A stretch of 64,000 nt of DNA, taken from positions 256,001 through 320,000 of the forward strand of contig CAVXJH010000003.1 of NCBI GenBank assembly GCA_963762115.1, given 5' to 3'. How positions within the stretch are numbered: the stretch's first letter is position 1; every line of letters begins with the position of its first letter. The translations under genes were made by a program, and so were the position numbers. The notes beneath the pieces were generated by a model. That model was not told where the DNA came from and did no database searches. It saw nothing but the letters and a program-made list of their open reading frames with translations. Source of the stretch: Candidatus Babeliales bacterium. GTDB taxonomy: Bacteria > Babelota > Babeliae > Babelales > JANWKD01. This document shows, in pieces, positions 1 through 9,956 of this stretch.

Positions 1-405
1 TACTTTATCAGCTTTATTTAATGCTGCAACAAAAAGAAAATACGATTTTTCACCAGTTTTTTTTGGTGCTAGATAATAATGGTTATCAAAATAAATTGGA
101 TTAATTTGTATTGAATCAATAAATTCTGTAATGGTAATTGACTCAGTTTTAGTTGGTTTTAATGCACGTAAATTTTCTTGCGTAAGAATAAAATAAACGT
201 CTTTTTTTAGCTTAAGTCCTTTAACGAGGTTATCCCAAAGAACTTCTTTTTGACAATGATCACACCAACGCTTATAAGAAATAGGGTTATTACAAGTGCC
301 ACAAAGCATGGTAAAACCCAATATCTTTGATTCAACAGCAGTAAAAAGAGATACGGGAATAGTAACTAATCCAAAGGATAAAAAGCCTTGCCAAATTGGT
401 TTCAT
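1..405 (-). CDS. ku: Ku (NHEJ DNA end-binding) protein, N-terminal part; runs off the window
   Basis: Hand translation from ATG at 405: MKPIWQGFLSFGLVTIPVSLFTAVESK...LCGTCNNPISYKRWCDHCQKEV..NLVKG...ITITEFID...IYFDNHYYLAP; matches the prokaryotic Ku N-terminus (W.G.ISFGLV.IPV). Not in the ORF track. Confidence 0.9.
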   Translation of the reverse strand, partial: MKPIWQGFLSFGLVTIPVSLFTAVESKILGFTMLCGTCNNPISYKRWCDHCQKEVLWDNLVKGLKLKKDVYFILTQENLRALKPTKTESITITEFIDSIQINPIYFDNHYYLAPKKTGEKSYFLFVAALNKADKV

Positions 406-486
406 TATTACACTCCATGTATTGATTTGTTTTTAGTAGTAACAAATAGCGTACATGAAACTCAAGAGATATACGTATAAAAAAAG

Positions 487-1275
487 TTATTCGTATCTTT
501 CTAAGCGAGCCAACCCTAAATCTTTACTTTGTTCAAAACATCTTTTAAAAAAGTAAAGCGAGAGCACAAAATAAAGAATGCTTAAGAGAAAACCTTTTAT
601 TAATAAACTTGTTGGCATTAATCCTGTCATAATAAAAGATCGTATACCTTCAAACAAATAAGGCTGAGGAAGACAATAAGCAAAAGATTGAAGCCATTGC
701 GGTAACACAGAAAGAGGAAAAAAAATACCGCTTAAAGGAACAAATGCCCACACGCCAACCCACATAAGCCCTTCAACATTTTGCCCACGCATAACAATAC
801 AAGATGCCGTCAAAAAACCAATACTCCACCCAACCAGAATAATTAAAGCAAGAAAGGGCACTAATTCCCAACCAATGCTTAATATGTTTAACGAATACAA
901 AAACCAAATACAAAATACACCAAAAAACAAGGTAAAAATTGATTTTAATAAGCCAATAAAAACAACGGCTGTCATCCATTCATACAAAGTAAGTGGTGTT
1001 GAAAAGACATTACAAAAGTTATTTGATCGCAATTCATCAAGCAAACTATAACAAACTTCCATATTTGCACGAAAAAGAATTTGCCAAAAAAGTAATGCTG
1101 TTAATAACATAAAAGTAATAAGAGGTGATTCGTTTTGTCCATGCCAAAGACTATTGCATCCCCATAATATAATATTTAAAAGCGGCCAATACATAATATC
1201 AGTAAAGCGCTGAAAAACACGAAAAGTTAAAAGCAAATGGCGCAAAATCATAGCATTTATTCTATATATTTCCAT
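487..1275 (-). CDS. ABC-2 type exporter permease
   Basis: About 6 hydrophobic helices; SGIFFPLSVLPQWLQ motif; follows the ATPase gene. Confidence 0.85.
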   Translation of the reverse strand: MEIYRINAMILRHLLLTFRVFQRFTDIMYWPLLNIILWGCNSLWHGQNESPLITFMLLTALLFWQILFRANMEVCYSLLDELRSNNFCNVFSTPLTLYEWMTAVVFIGLLKSIFTLFFGVFCIWFLYSLNILSIGWELVPFLALIILVGWSIGFLTASCIVMRGQNVEGLMWVGVWAFVPLSGIFFPLSVLPQWLQSFAYCLPQPYLFEGIRSFIMTGLMPTSLLIKGFLLSILYFVLSLYFFKRCFEQSKDLGLARLERYE

Positions 1276-1285
1276 AAAATATCTC

Positions 1286-2248
1286 TCAATTTTTCTTTAA
1301 AATATGTAAAAAATAATCTTCCAAAGTTGGCTTTTCAATAGAAATTTGAGAATAATCAACACCAATTTTAGCAAGTCCAACTAAAAGGTTAGCAACATCA
1401 TGTTCATCAACTTGAATTTCTATGAAATGCTCTTTTATTTCAGAGCGCCAATTTCGCTGATTGACATATTCTTGAACCTTTGCAAAATCGTGAGTTTCCA
1501 TCATAAGGTTAACGCGTGTTTTTGAAATGCTTGCTGCAATTTCTTGAGGTTTATTATCAGCAATGATAATGCCATTTTTTAAGATTAATACGCGATCACA
1601 AATTTGTTCTACTTCAGCCATATTATGAGAGGTAAATAACACAGAAATATTTCGTTCCTTTTGTTGTTTAACAATAAAATTTTTCACATCTTCTGCCACA
1701 TCAGGATCAAGTGAAGCAGTTGGTTCATCTAATAATACAATTTTTGGGTCAGCAAGAAATGCTTTTGCAAGCATCACTCGCGTCATTTGACCCGCTGATA
1801 AAGGACCGGCATATTTATGACGAACTTCCCACATGCCAAACAAAGTAAGATATTCTTCAATTTTTAGAGCTCTTTCTTTGGCAGAAAGACCATATATTCT
1901 GCCATAAATATCAAGATTTTCATAAATAGTTAATCTGCCGGGAAGTTTTGTATAGGCGCTGGCAAATGCAATGTGTTGCAATATTTCAGAGCGATGAGTG
2001 AAAAAATTCTTGCCGAAATAATTAATTACACCAGATGTTGGCGTCATCAAACTCAATAACATTTGAATGGTAGTGGTTTTTCCTGCTCCATTAGGACCAA
2101 GAAAGCCTAAAATCTCACCTTCATGCAAGGTAAACGAAATATTATTTACTGCAACGAATGACTTTTGGTTTTTGCCAAACCATTTTTTCTGTGAGAATAT
2201 TTTTGTTAACCCATCAACAGTAAGTACTGATTTTTTTTTATCTAACAT
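1286..2248 (-). CDS. ABC exporter ATP-binding protein
   Basis: Walker A GPNGAGKT, signature LSAGQ, Walker B LLDEPT, C-terminal PTLEDYF. Confidence 0.95.
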   Translation of the reverse strand: MLDKKKSVLTVDGLTKIFSQKKWFGKNQKSFVAVNNISFTLHEGEILGFLGPNGAGKTTTIQMLLSLMTPTSGVINYFGKNFFTHRSEILQHIAFASAYTKLPGRLTIYENLDIYGRIYGLSAKERALKIEEYLTLFGMWEVRHKYAGPLSAGQMTRVMLAKAFLADPKIVLLDEPTASLDPDVAEDVKNFIVKQQKERNISVLFTSHNMAEVEQICDRVLILKNGIIIADNKPQEIAASISKTRVNLMMETHDFAKVQEYVNQRNWRSEIKEHFIEIQVDEHDVANLLVGLAKIGVDYSQISIEKPTLEDYFLHILKKN

Positions 2249-2429
2249 TTTTTCACCTGCTATAAATATTTTTTATAGTCTAACATTATCTGTTGATAAC
2301 AGCAATGCATTACTGTTGGCAATAAAAAAAAATAATTATTTATAAAATATATTGCATTTAATTTGCTGAAATTGGTACTCTAACTCTAAGTTATAGAAAA
2401 AAACTATGACTAAAAATTAGGGGGAAACA

Positions 2430-3398
2430 ATGAAGAGTGCTCTTATGGTGATTAGTGCCTTATTAATTCCATCGTTATTATTAGGTGCTGAACCAAATTT
2501 CACCATACACTTTCCTCTTGAAACGATTACCACCCACTCAACTGTTTATTTATCTGCTCATGGTTTAGGCGCAACTCAAAATCAAGCACAAGCCTTATTG
2601 CCCGATAACAATAAATATTGGATTATTAACAAACCTTTAGCTGTATTTGATTTTCCTGATGCAAAGCCTACTCACATGGAATATGATACTAAACAAGTAA
2701 ATTTAGGACAGCAACCAGATATTGATCGATTGCGTTATGCTTATTATAAAACTCGTCAAGAATTACCAAATCATGATATTGTTCTGACTGGTATTTCACG
2801 AGGAGCGGTTACTGCATTCAATTGTATGGCTTTACATCAGCTTGAAAATGTAAAAGCATTAGTGCTTGAATCACCATTTGATACTTTTAATAATGTGGTG
2901 AAACATTTATTGCGAAGATTTCATATTGGTTGGATTCCCTTTTCTAAAAAGTTAGCAATTAGATATGTCAAAAAAACATTTCCATCATTTGACATAAATG
3001 GTGTTTTTCCGCTTAATGTTGCACATATGATGCCATGTGATATGCCAATATTATTGTTTCATGGACGACTCGATAGAACTATCCCTTTAAAAAGTTCTTG
3101 TCTTATTTATTGCGCATTACTTGAAAATGGCAATAAAAATGTTTATTTATTAATAGTTGATGAAGGGGATCATGGTAAATTAATTACCGGCCCACAAGGT
3201 GAACTTATTCAAAATGTTACTCATGCATTTTATAAAAAACATAATTTACCACATGATCCAATTTTTGCTCAACGCGGTGAAGCGGCTTTGAAAAATTGTC
3301 AGCCTAGTTTGCAAGAAATGAAAAAATATATGAAAAAATTAAAAAAACTAAGAAAAAAGATGAACAAAAGCAACCTCGAAACATTCGATCTTGTTTAA
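2430..3398 (+). CDS. Secreted alpha/beta hydrolase
   Basis: Signal peptide; HG oxyanion motif, GISRG nucleophile elbow, HGRLD, GDH. Confidence 0.8.
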   Translation: MKSALMVISALLIPSLLLGAEPNFTIHFPLETITTHSTVYLSAHGLGATQNQAQALLPDNNKYWIINKPLAVFDFPDAKPTHMEYDTKQVNLGQQPDIDRLRYAYYKTRQELPNHDIVLTGISRGAVTAFNCMALHQLENVKALVLESPFDTFNNVVKHLLRRFHIGWIPFSKKLAIRYVKKTFPSFDINGVFPLNVAHMMPCDMPILLFHGRLDRTIPLKSSCLIYCALLENGNKNVYLLIVDEGDHGKLITGPQGELIQNVTHAFYKKHNLPHDPIFAQRGEAALKNCQPSLQEMKKYMKKLKKLRKKMNKSNLETFDLV

Positions 3399-3430
3399 TT
3401 CTTGAACAAAAAATAGTTACTCCAGAAAAC

Positions 3431-3470
3431 AAAAAAACGTTAATAGCAGAAATGCCATTAACGTTTTTTT
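3431..3470. terminator. Bidirectional terminator-like hairpin between convergent genes
   Basis: AAAAAAACGTTAAT..ATTAACGTTTTTTT inverted repeat. Confidence 0.6.
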
Positions 3471-3553
3471 TAATTTTAAGTTTTGTGCTTTTTATTTTAA
3501 AAAAGCAGGTGAAGCGATTAATAAAACGAAATACATGACAAATTAAAATTATT

Positions 3554-4491
3554 TTAATGCTTTTTTTTCAAATCAAAATAACCTTGCCTCTTCTCTTCAC
3601 TATATACGCAATAAAGGCCAGACAAAAGAATCATTATAGAAAATACAAAATAGATGGAAATTGATTCGCTAAGAAAAAACCACCCAAACAAAGCCGCAAA
3701 TGCCGGTGTCATCAATTCGCCAAAGGTGACCAAGGTGGCCGTGTATTTTTTCAAGAGGTAACCATACAATAAATAACAAATTATATTACCAAAAAGAATT
3801 ATTAAAGTGAGGTATAGAAGAAATGGTTGCAACTCAGTTATAGGAAACCATTGAGAAATCCATAGGGGATTAACGTGACTGTCGTTTCAAAAATATAGGA
3901 AGTAATAAGTGCTGCAATACCGCCAAAAAACATACCAACACCATTAATGAATATTATTGGCAAAGCATGTTTTTTAATACCTTTTCTAATAACAACCCAA
4001 CCATAAGCAAATGAAGTTATCGCAGCAAATATTGCTAATTCTGGTAATGAAACGAATAAAACATTGCGACCTTCTGATGATGATGATGAAAAAATAATTG
4101 GTAATGAACCAAGCAAACTCAGTCCAAGCCCAACAGCTTTTTTAATGGTCATTTTTTCATGAAAAATGTAATAAGAAAAAAGCGCTGCAATTGCAGGAGA
4201 AAGACTAAATAAAAATGCTGTTTTTGCTGAAGTCATATATTGCAAAGACCAAAATTCCATGGTATAGGCAAAATAAAAACAGAAAAAGGAAACTTGTGCA
4301 AAAAGCACGTAATCCTGCTTATACAATTTTGGAAACTGTTTGTTTTTTAAATAATAATAAACAAGAAAAATAAAACCAGCAATAATAAGGCGAATGCTAA
4401 TTAGAAAAATTGGCGGTGAATAATTGAGAAGAATTTTTCCTAATGTATAAGTGCTTGCAGAAAAAGCAGAAAGTAACATTAACGGTAGCAT
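3554..4491 (-). pseudogene. EamA/DMT transporter split by a frameshift (paralog of 18572..19465)
   Basis: ORFs 3838..4491 and 3554..3832 are the N- and C-terminal parts. The alternative frame near 3870-3830 reads WISQWFPITELQPFLLY, aligning with the intact paralog. Could be a sequencing indel. Confidence 0.75.
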
Positions 4492-4503
4492 TTTTTTCCT
4501 TTT

Positions 4504-5331
4504 TTATTCTTTTTCATCGCTGACAAGATGAATGTCTTCATCAACAATACGAACTCGTTGAATATTCGTTGCCTTGCCACTTGCCGTATCAATTTCAACC
4601 CAAACACCAGATAACACCATAGGGCCTTGTATGTCAACTTCAAACTTTTGTGGCATTTGTGTTAAAAAGTTTTTTATGATTGATTCTTTTTTCATACCAA
4701 TCATAGAGTTGAGAGAACCTGCCATACCAAGATCAGTAATATAAGCAGTGCCATTTGGTAAAATTCTTTCATCAGCAGTTTGCACATGCGTATGAGTACC
4801 CACCAATGCACTGACCCGCCCATCAAGATAATAGGCAAGAGCCATTTTTTCAGATGTTGTCTCTGCATGAAAATCAACAAGAATTATTGATGTTCGAGAC
4901 TTTAAAAAAGTTAAGGCAGAGTCAGCCGCGCGAAACGGATCACTCACGTGTTCACGCATGAAAACTCTGCCTTGTAAATTTAAAACCCCAATAGAATAAC
5001 CACCACATTGATATATGCCAACACCACTACCCGGACAATCACTAGGAAAATTGTCTGGCCTCAAAAGATCTTTATTTTCTGATAGATAAGAATATATTTC
5101 TTTATTATGCCAAATATGATTGCCCGATGTAACAACGTCAACGCCATTGTGTTTAAAAAAGCGTACAATGCGCGAGGTAATGCCTCTACCTTGGCAACTA
5201 TTTTCTCCGTTTAAAACAACGAAATTAATTGAATGTTTGCTTTTAAGCTCATTAATATGCTTTTGGAAAATAATTCTTCCTGGAGATCCAACAATGTCTC
5301 CTAATAGCAAAACTCGTATTTTTGTACTCAT
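4504..5331 (-). CDS. ymdB: YmdB-like metallophosphoesterase
   Basis: GDIVG, NGEN, TSGNHIW, DFHAETTSEK, GTHTHVQTAD; downstream of rny; start taken at MSTKIR with AAGGT RBS. Confidence 0.92.
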   Translation of the reverse strand: MSTKIRVLLLGDIVGSPGRIIFQKHINELKSKHSINFVVLNGENSCQGRGITSRIVRFFKHNGVDVVTSGNHIWHNKEIYSYLSENKDLLRPDNFPSDCPGSGVGIYQCGGYSIGVLNLQGRVFMREHVSDPFRAADSALTFLKSRTSIILVDFHAETTSEKMALAYYLDGRVSALVGTHTHVQTADERILPNGTAYITDLGMAGSLNSMIGMKKESIIKNFLTQMPQKFEVDIQGPMVLSGVWVEIDTASGKATNIQRVRIVDEDIHLVSDEKE

Positions 5332-5341
5332 AGTTACCTTA

Positions 5342-6910
5342 TTATCTTGCATATTCAATTGAACGTTTTTCGCGAATAACGTTAATTTTGATTTGTCCTG
5401 GGAATGTCATTTCTTGTTCGACTTTCTTTGCAAGATCACGAGCTAGAATTGCTGCTTTTTCATCGTCCATGAATTCTTCTTCAACAATAACTCTAATTTC
5501 TCTTCCTGCCTGCAAAGCATAAGCTTTTTTAATACCATCAAATGATAACGCAATCTCTTCAAGCTTTTCAAGACGTTTTATATACGCAGACAATGTTTCG
5601 CGACGAGCTCCTGGACGAGATGCAGAAATTGTATCGGCAATCATTACAATTGGGCCATACAATGAAGTAAAGGGAACTTCTTCATGATGGGCTGCAATTG
5701 CATTGACAACCATTGGGTCTTCACCACATCGCTTTGCAATATCAGCACCAATAAGGGCATGTGGACCTTCAACTTCAGCGGTGACCGCTTTACCAATATC
5801 ATGTAAAAGTCCGCATCGTAATGCGATGGTACCATCTAATCCAAGTTCTTCGGCAATCATGCGAGCAAAAATACCAACTTCTTTACAATGCTCTAAAACA
5901 TTTTGTGAAAAACTAGTTCTGAAGTGTAATTTACCAAGCAAGGTAACAATTTCATGGTTAACTCCTTGTAAATTAAATTCGAGTACAACTTCCTTGCCAT
6001 ATTCTTCAATAATTTCATCAATATCTTTTTCACATTGTGCAACCGTCTCTTCAATGCGCGTGGGATTAATTCTACCATCGGCAATTAATTTTTCTAAGGC
6101 ACGTTTTGCAACTTCACGGCGAATCGGATTAAAACCAGAGATCGTTATTATTTCAGGTGCATCACCAATAACAAATTCCATACCGGTTGCCATTTCAAGT
6201 GATTTAATATTTCTTCCTTCTTTTCCAATGATCCGTCCCTTCATCTCTTCATTGGGAAGATGAACAACACCAGAAGAATGCGGTGCCACTTGATCGGCAG
6301 TATAACGTTGCATTGCACTTACCACTAATTGAATCGATCGATCCTTAGCTGTTGTGCGAACATCTTCTTCAACTTTTTGTATCCATTTTTCGCTGGTTAA
6401 TCTAACTTCAGCTTGTAAGGTATCAAAGAGTGATTGTCGAGCTTCATCGCGAGTCATGCCGCTAATATTTTCTAATTTTGCAATAAGTTCAGTATATAAA
6501 GATTTAATCTTATTTTCATCAATGCGCAGCCTATCATTTACGCGTGATATGTTGCGCTCTTTTTGTTGTAACTCTTGACTGAGATCGTCGAGACGTTGTT
6601 CTTTTTTTTCAATATTTTCATATTTAGTGTTAATTTTTGTTTGAAATCGTTCAAGCTCAAGACGCTCGCGCTTAATCTCAAGATCAAATTCATTTTTTCG
6701 TTTATGTAGTTCATCTTTTAGCTTTAATGAAGCTTCACGGCGTTCAACTTCAACATCTCGTTTAACATGTTTCCATTTTTCTTGAGCTTCATTGGCGAGC
6801 AAAGAAGCCTTATCAATTTTTCGTTTTGCAAAAATTAATAAAAAAATTGCAATACCAATGCTTATAAAACTGAGTAAACCCAGTAATCCAAAAGTCAAAA
6901 ATTCCATCAT
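5342..6910 (-). CDS. rny: Ribonuclease Y
   Basis: N-terminal TM, coiled coil, KH domain (KGRIIGKEGRNI), HD domain (LLHDIGK), SRPGAR. Confidence 0.97.
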   Translation of the reverse strand: MMEFLTFGLLGLLSFISIGIAIFLLIFAKRKIDKASLLANEAQEKWKHVKRDVEVERREASLKLKDELHKRKNEFDLEIKRERLELERFQTKINTKYENIEKKEQRLDDLSQELQQKERNISRVNDRLRIDENKIKSLYTELIAKLENISGMTRDEARQSLFDTLQAEVRLTSEKWIQKVEEDVRTTAKDRSIQLVVSAMQRYTADQVAPHSSGVVHLPNEEMKGRIIGKEGRNIKSLEMATGMEFVIGDAPEIITISGFNPIRREVAKRALEKLIADGRINPTRIEETVAQCEKDIDEIIEEYGKEVVLEFNLQGVNHEIVTLLGKLHFRTSFSQNVLEHCKEVGIFARMIAEELGLDGTIALRCGLLHDIGKAVTAEVEGPHALIGADIAKRCGEDPMVVNAIAAHHEEVPFTSLYGPIVMIADTISASRPGARRETLSAYIKRLEKLEEIALSFDGIKKAYALQAGREIRVIVEEEFMDDEKAAILARDLAKKVEQEMTFPGQIKINVIREKRSIEYAR

Positions 6911-7083
6911 TATAAAATCCTATTATTTAATGCAATAAAATACTATAAATTACCCGTCAATAGTAAACATACTATCATAAAACGAGGTTAAAATTTAGTA
7001 ATAAAGTTTTCAAAAAAGTGTGGGAAATAAAGAGTAGCACATTATAAAGAATGTGTTTAAGTTAATGGAACATGGTACAAAAT

Positions 7084-7359
7084 TTATAATGCAGAAGGTA
7101 TTGATGCAATAAGATGTTTTATAAAAGCCTTAGTATCATCGTATTCCAATTTGCCAGAATGTAAGTCCAAAGCAATTTTCAAAGCTGCCAACACGGCAAT
7201 TTTTTGCAAAGGCATCTCAGGTGCTTTTGCAGCAATTTCATGCATAAGTTGGTCAATATGACACGCTGCAGAAATTACGCGTTGTTCTGGCTCATCACTA
7301 AGAATGCTATAAGAATCACCGAAAACAGTAAGGCTATATTTTTTTACTTCAGGTTTCAT
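7084..7359 (-). CDS. zapA: Cell division protein ZapA
   Basis: Y.LTVFG.SY ... IAVLAALKIA; position upstream of rny. Confidence 0.85.
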   Translation of the reverse strand: MKPEVKKYSLTVFGDSYSILSDEPEQRVISAACHIDQLMHEIAAKAPEMPLQKIAVLAALKIALDLHSGKLEYDDTKAFIKHLIASIPSAL

Positions 7360-7580
7360 TGTTGATCTTGATTACCTATAAGTGAATCAATATTCTTAAT
7401 AAGATCATCAACAGCGGTTCGCGTTAATGCTTTCTCTTCTTCAAAGCATTCTTTGCCGCGAAGCATAGACGTTTCTAAAACATCTATTTTATCAAGTAAA
7501 GCAGTATTTTCTACTTTTAATTCTTTAATACGTTCTATAAGTTGCGCTATTTTTAACTCTAAAATTTGTAATGTTTCCAT
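7356..7580 (-). CDS. ZapB-like short coiled-coil protein
   Basis: METLQILELKIAQLIERIKELKVEN heptads; AGGAGAG RBS before ATG at 7580; overlaps zapA. Confidence 0.65.
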   Translation of the reverse strand: METLQILELKIAQLIERIKELKVENTALLDKIDVLETSMLRGKECFEEEKALTRTAVDDLIKNIDSLIGNQDQQ

Positions 7581-7667
7581 TAACTCTCCTTTTTTACTTA
7601 GATTTATTATTACTATCAAAAGTAACTCTATACCAATTCTAAGTAGCCACACTCATAGTTGTCAAGA

Positions 7668-8015
7668 TTATTTCTTTACAAACGTAACTAAGAGTGAAAA
7701 TGCAGCTGGATCATAAATAGCAAGCTGGCTTAACATCTTTCGATTAAGTTCAATTTTTGCTACTTTCAAGCCATGTATCATTTTATTATATGACAAGCCA
7801 TGTTTTTTTGAAGCTGCGCCAATTCTCGTAATAAAAAGTGCACGCATATCACGTTTTTTTAGCTTACGACCTTTATAAGCAAATGCCATAGCGCGCAACA
7901 ATGTTTCTTTAGCTCGCTTAATAACATTTTTTCTTTGGCCCCAGAAGCCTTTAGCTTGCTTTAAAATTCGTTTATGTCTTTTTTTGGTATTTATACCGCG
8001 TTTTACTCTTGTCAT
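7668..8015 (-). CDS. rplT: 50S ribosomal protein L20
   Basis: MTRVKRG...AKGFWG...LNRKMLSQLA. Confidence 0.98.
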   Translation of the reverse strand: MTRVKRGINTKKRHKRILKQAKGFWGQRKNVIKRAKETLLRAMAFAYKGRKLKKRDMRALFITRIGAASKKHGLSYNKMIHGLKVAKIELNRKMLSQLAIYDPAAFSLLVTFVKK

Positions 8016-8069
8016 TAATTAAATCCTTATTCTTATTATACTAACATTAAAACCTAATAAATAATCTTA

Positions 8070-8261
8070 TTAGGGAAGCAATGGTGCTATTGTATGGTAA
8101 TCAGCTTTATTGACATATGCTGATTGTCGCATGGTTCTCTTTTTACGAGTAGATTTTTTAGTTAAAAGATGGCGCCTGCCAGCCTTTGTATATTTAATTA
8201 AGCCACTTTTAAGCTTTTTAAATCGTTTGCTTGCGCCAGAATGAGTTTTCTTTTTTGGCAT
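8070..8261 (-). CDS. rpmI: 50S ribosomal protein L35
   Basis: MPKKKTHSGASKRFK...HLLTKK; infC-rpmI-rplT order. Confidence 0.97.
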   Translation of the reverse strand: MPKKKTHSGASKRFKKLKSGLIKYTKAGRRHLLTKKSTRKKRTMRQSAYVNKADYHTIAPLLP

Positions 8262-8284
8262 TTTAATTCCCTAATATGTTTTTA

Positions 8285-8833
8285 CTATTTTCCAGACTTT
8301 ACATAATATGTTCTTGACCACAATTGACCAAGCTTTGCATCTTTTTCTTGCATGAGATTGGCAACGCCGCTCTCTTGAAAGAAGGCATCGATTTTTTCAA
8401 AAAGTTGAGACCCTCGCTCTTCTTTATTGACAATTTCACGACCCCTAAATGCTACGGTAATTTTAAGATGTTTTCCTTCTTGCAAGAACTGAACACCTTG
8501 ATTCATTTTTGTTTTGAAATCATGTTCGCCAATTTTTGGTCGCACTTTAATTTCTTTAACTTGAATTATTTTTTGATGTTTTTTTGCTTCAGACTGCTTC
8601 TTCTTTTTTGCATATAATGCCTTACCAAAATCCATGATCTTAGTAAGAGGAAATCCATCACTGCCACTCTCAGCTATTAGCACTAAATCAAGACCGGCCA
8701 TTTGTGCCAATCTTAACGCCTCATCACGAGAAACAACCCCAATATTCTGTCCTTCATGCGTTATTAGTTGCACTTTAGGAAAACGAATATTTTCGTTAAT
8801 TGGTTGTGTATTTTTTTCAGCTTTTGTAATCAT
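8285..8833 (-). CDS. infC: Translation initiation factor IF-3
   Basis: INENIR, GLDLV, KIMDFGK, KEIKVRPKIGEHD; ORF begins at ATG 8833. Confidence 0.96.
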   Translation of the reverse strand: MITKAEKNTQPINENIRFPKVQLITHEGQNIGVVSRDEALRLAQMAGLDLVLIAESGSDGFPLTKIMDFGKALYAKKKKQSEAKKHQKIIQVKEIKVRPKIGEHDFKTKMNQGVQFLQEGKHLKITVAFRGREIVNKEERGSQLFEKIDAFFQESGVANLMQEKDAKLGQLWSRTYYVKSGK

Positions 8834-8855
8834 TGTTAATTATACTAATCCTTTA

Positions 8856-9956
8856 CTAATCTGCTAATGCTATAGAATCATCAACTTCTTGAGCTGCCAG
8901 TACTTTTAATTGCGCTGGTACAGCTAAAACATTTCTTACTTCTAGCAAAATGGTATTTGCAAAATCAATTTTTTCTTTTAAATACACAAGTGCTTGTTCT
9001 CTTCCTTGAGCGAATTTTTCGCCTTTAAATGAAAGCCAAGATCCTGATTGTTGGATAACGCCAAACGTTATGGCAGCATCTAAAAGATCTAATTCTTTGC
9101 TAATACCTTCACTAAAGAGTAAGTCTAATTCAACTTTTCTAAATGGTGGTGCCATTTTATTTTTTACTACTTTTATAACTACTCTATTACCAAAATGAAC
9201 GTCATTCTTTTTTAAAGAACCAATTTTTCTTACTTCCAAACGAATTGAAGCATAAAATTTAAGAGCATTGCCGCCAGTTGTGGTTTCTTTATTAGCAAAA
9301 GGCATACTGTTCATCGTGTGACGTATTTGGTTAATAAAAATTAACACTGTTTTTGATTTATGAACAACGGGTGTTAATTTACGCAACGCTTGAGACATTA
9401 AGCGAGCTTGTAATCCCATATGAACATCGCCCATATCGCCTTCAAGTTCAGCTTTTGGTACAAGCGCAGCAACTGAGTCAATGACAATAATATCAACAGC
9501 GCCGGAACGAACTAACATTTCTGCAATATCAAGTGCTTGTTCGCCATAATCAGGTTGAGATATAATTAATTCATCAATATTAATCCCAAGATTGCTTGCA
9601 TATTTTGCATCTAAAGCATGTTCAGCATCAATAAAGGCACAAATGCCGCCATTTTTTTGAGATTGAGCAATAGCCTGCATAGCCAATGTTGTTTTACCTG
9701 AAGCTTCAGGACCATAAATTTCAACAATACGACCTCTTGGAAGCCCGCCAATGCCAATTGCATTATCAATAAGGATTGAACCTGTCGAAATAGCATCAAC
9801 AACACCATGTGGCGTTGAACCTAAAAGCATAACAGAGCCTTTCCCATATTCTTTATCGATTTGGGAAAAGGTAATTTCTAATGCTTTCTTTTTTGCCTCT
9901 TTATTTTCATTTAAAGGAGCAATTATTATTTTTTCAGTTTTTGATGTTTTACTCAT
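8856..9956 (-). CDS. recA: Recombinase RecA
   Basis: [39 protein letters not shown]. Confidence 0.99.
   Translation of the reverse strand: MSKTSKTEKIIIAPLNENKEAKKKALEITFSQIDKEYGKGSVMLLGSTPHGVVDAISTGSILIDNAIGIGGLPRGRIVEIYGPEASGKTTLAMQAIAQSQKNGGICAFIDAEHALDAKYASNLGINIDELIISQPDYGEQALDIAEMLVRSGAVDIIVIDSVAALVPKAELEGDMGDVHMGLQARLMSQALRKLTPVVHKSKTVLIFINQIRHTMNSMPFANKETTTGGNALKFYASIRLEVRKIGSLKKNDVHFGNRVVIKVVKNKMAPPFRKVELDLLFSEGISKELDLLDAAITFGVIQQSGSWLSFKGEKFAQGREQALVYLKEKIDFANTILLEVRNVLAVPAQLKVLAAQEVDDSIALAD

Noticed and set aside
2289..2300. DnaA box or oriC (TGTTGATAA)
   Set aside because: A single mismatched box; no cluster of boxes and no dnaA/dnaN nearby
6911..7083. 6S RNA, often found between zapA and rny
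   Set aside because: The gap is the right size but very AT-rich, with no long self-complementary rod visible
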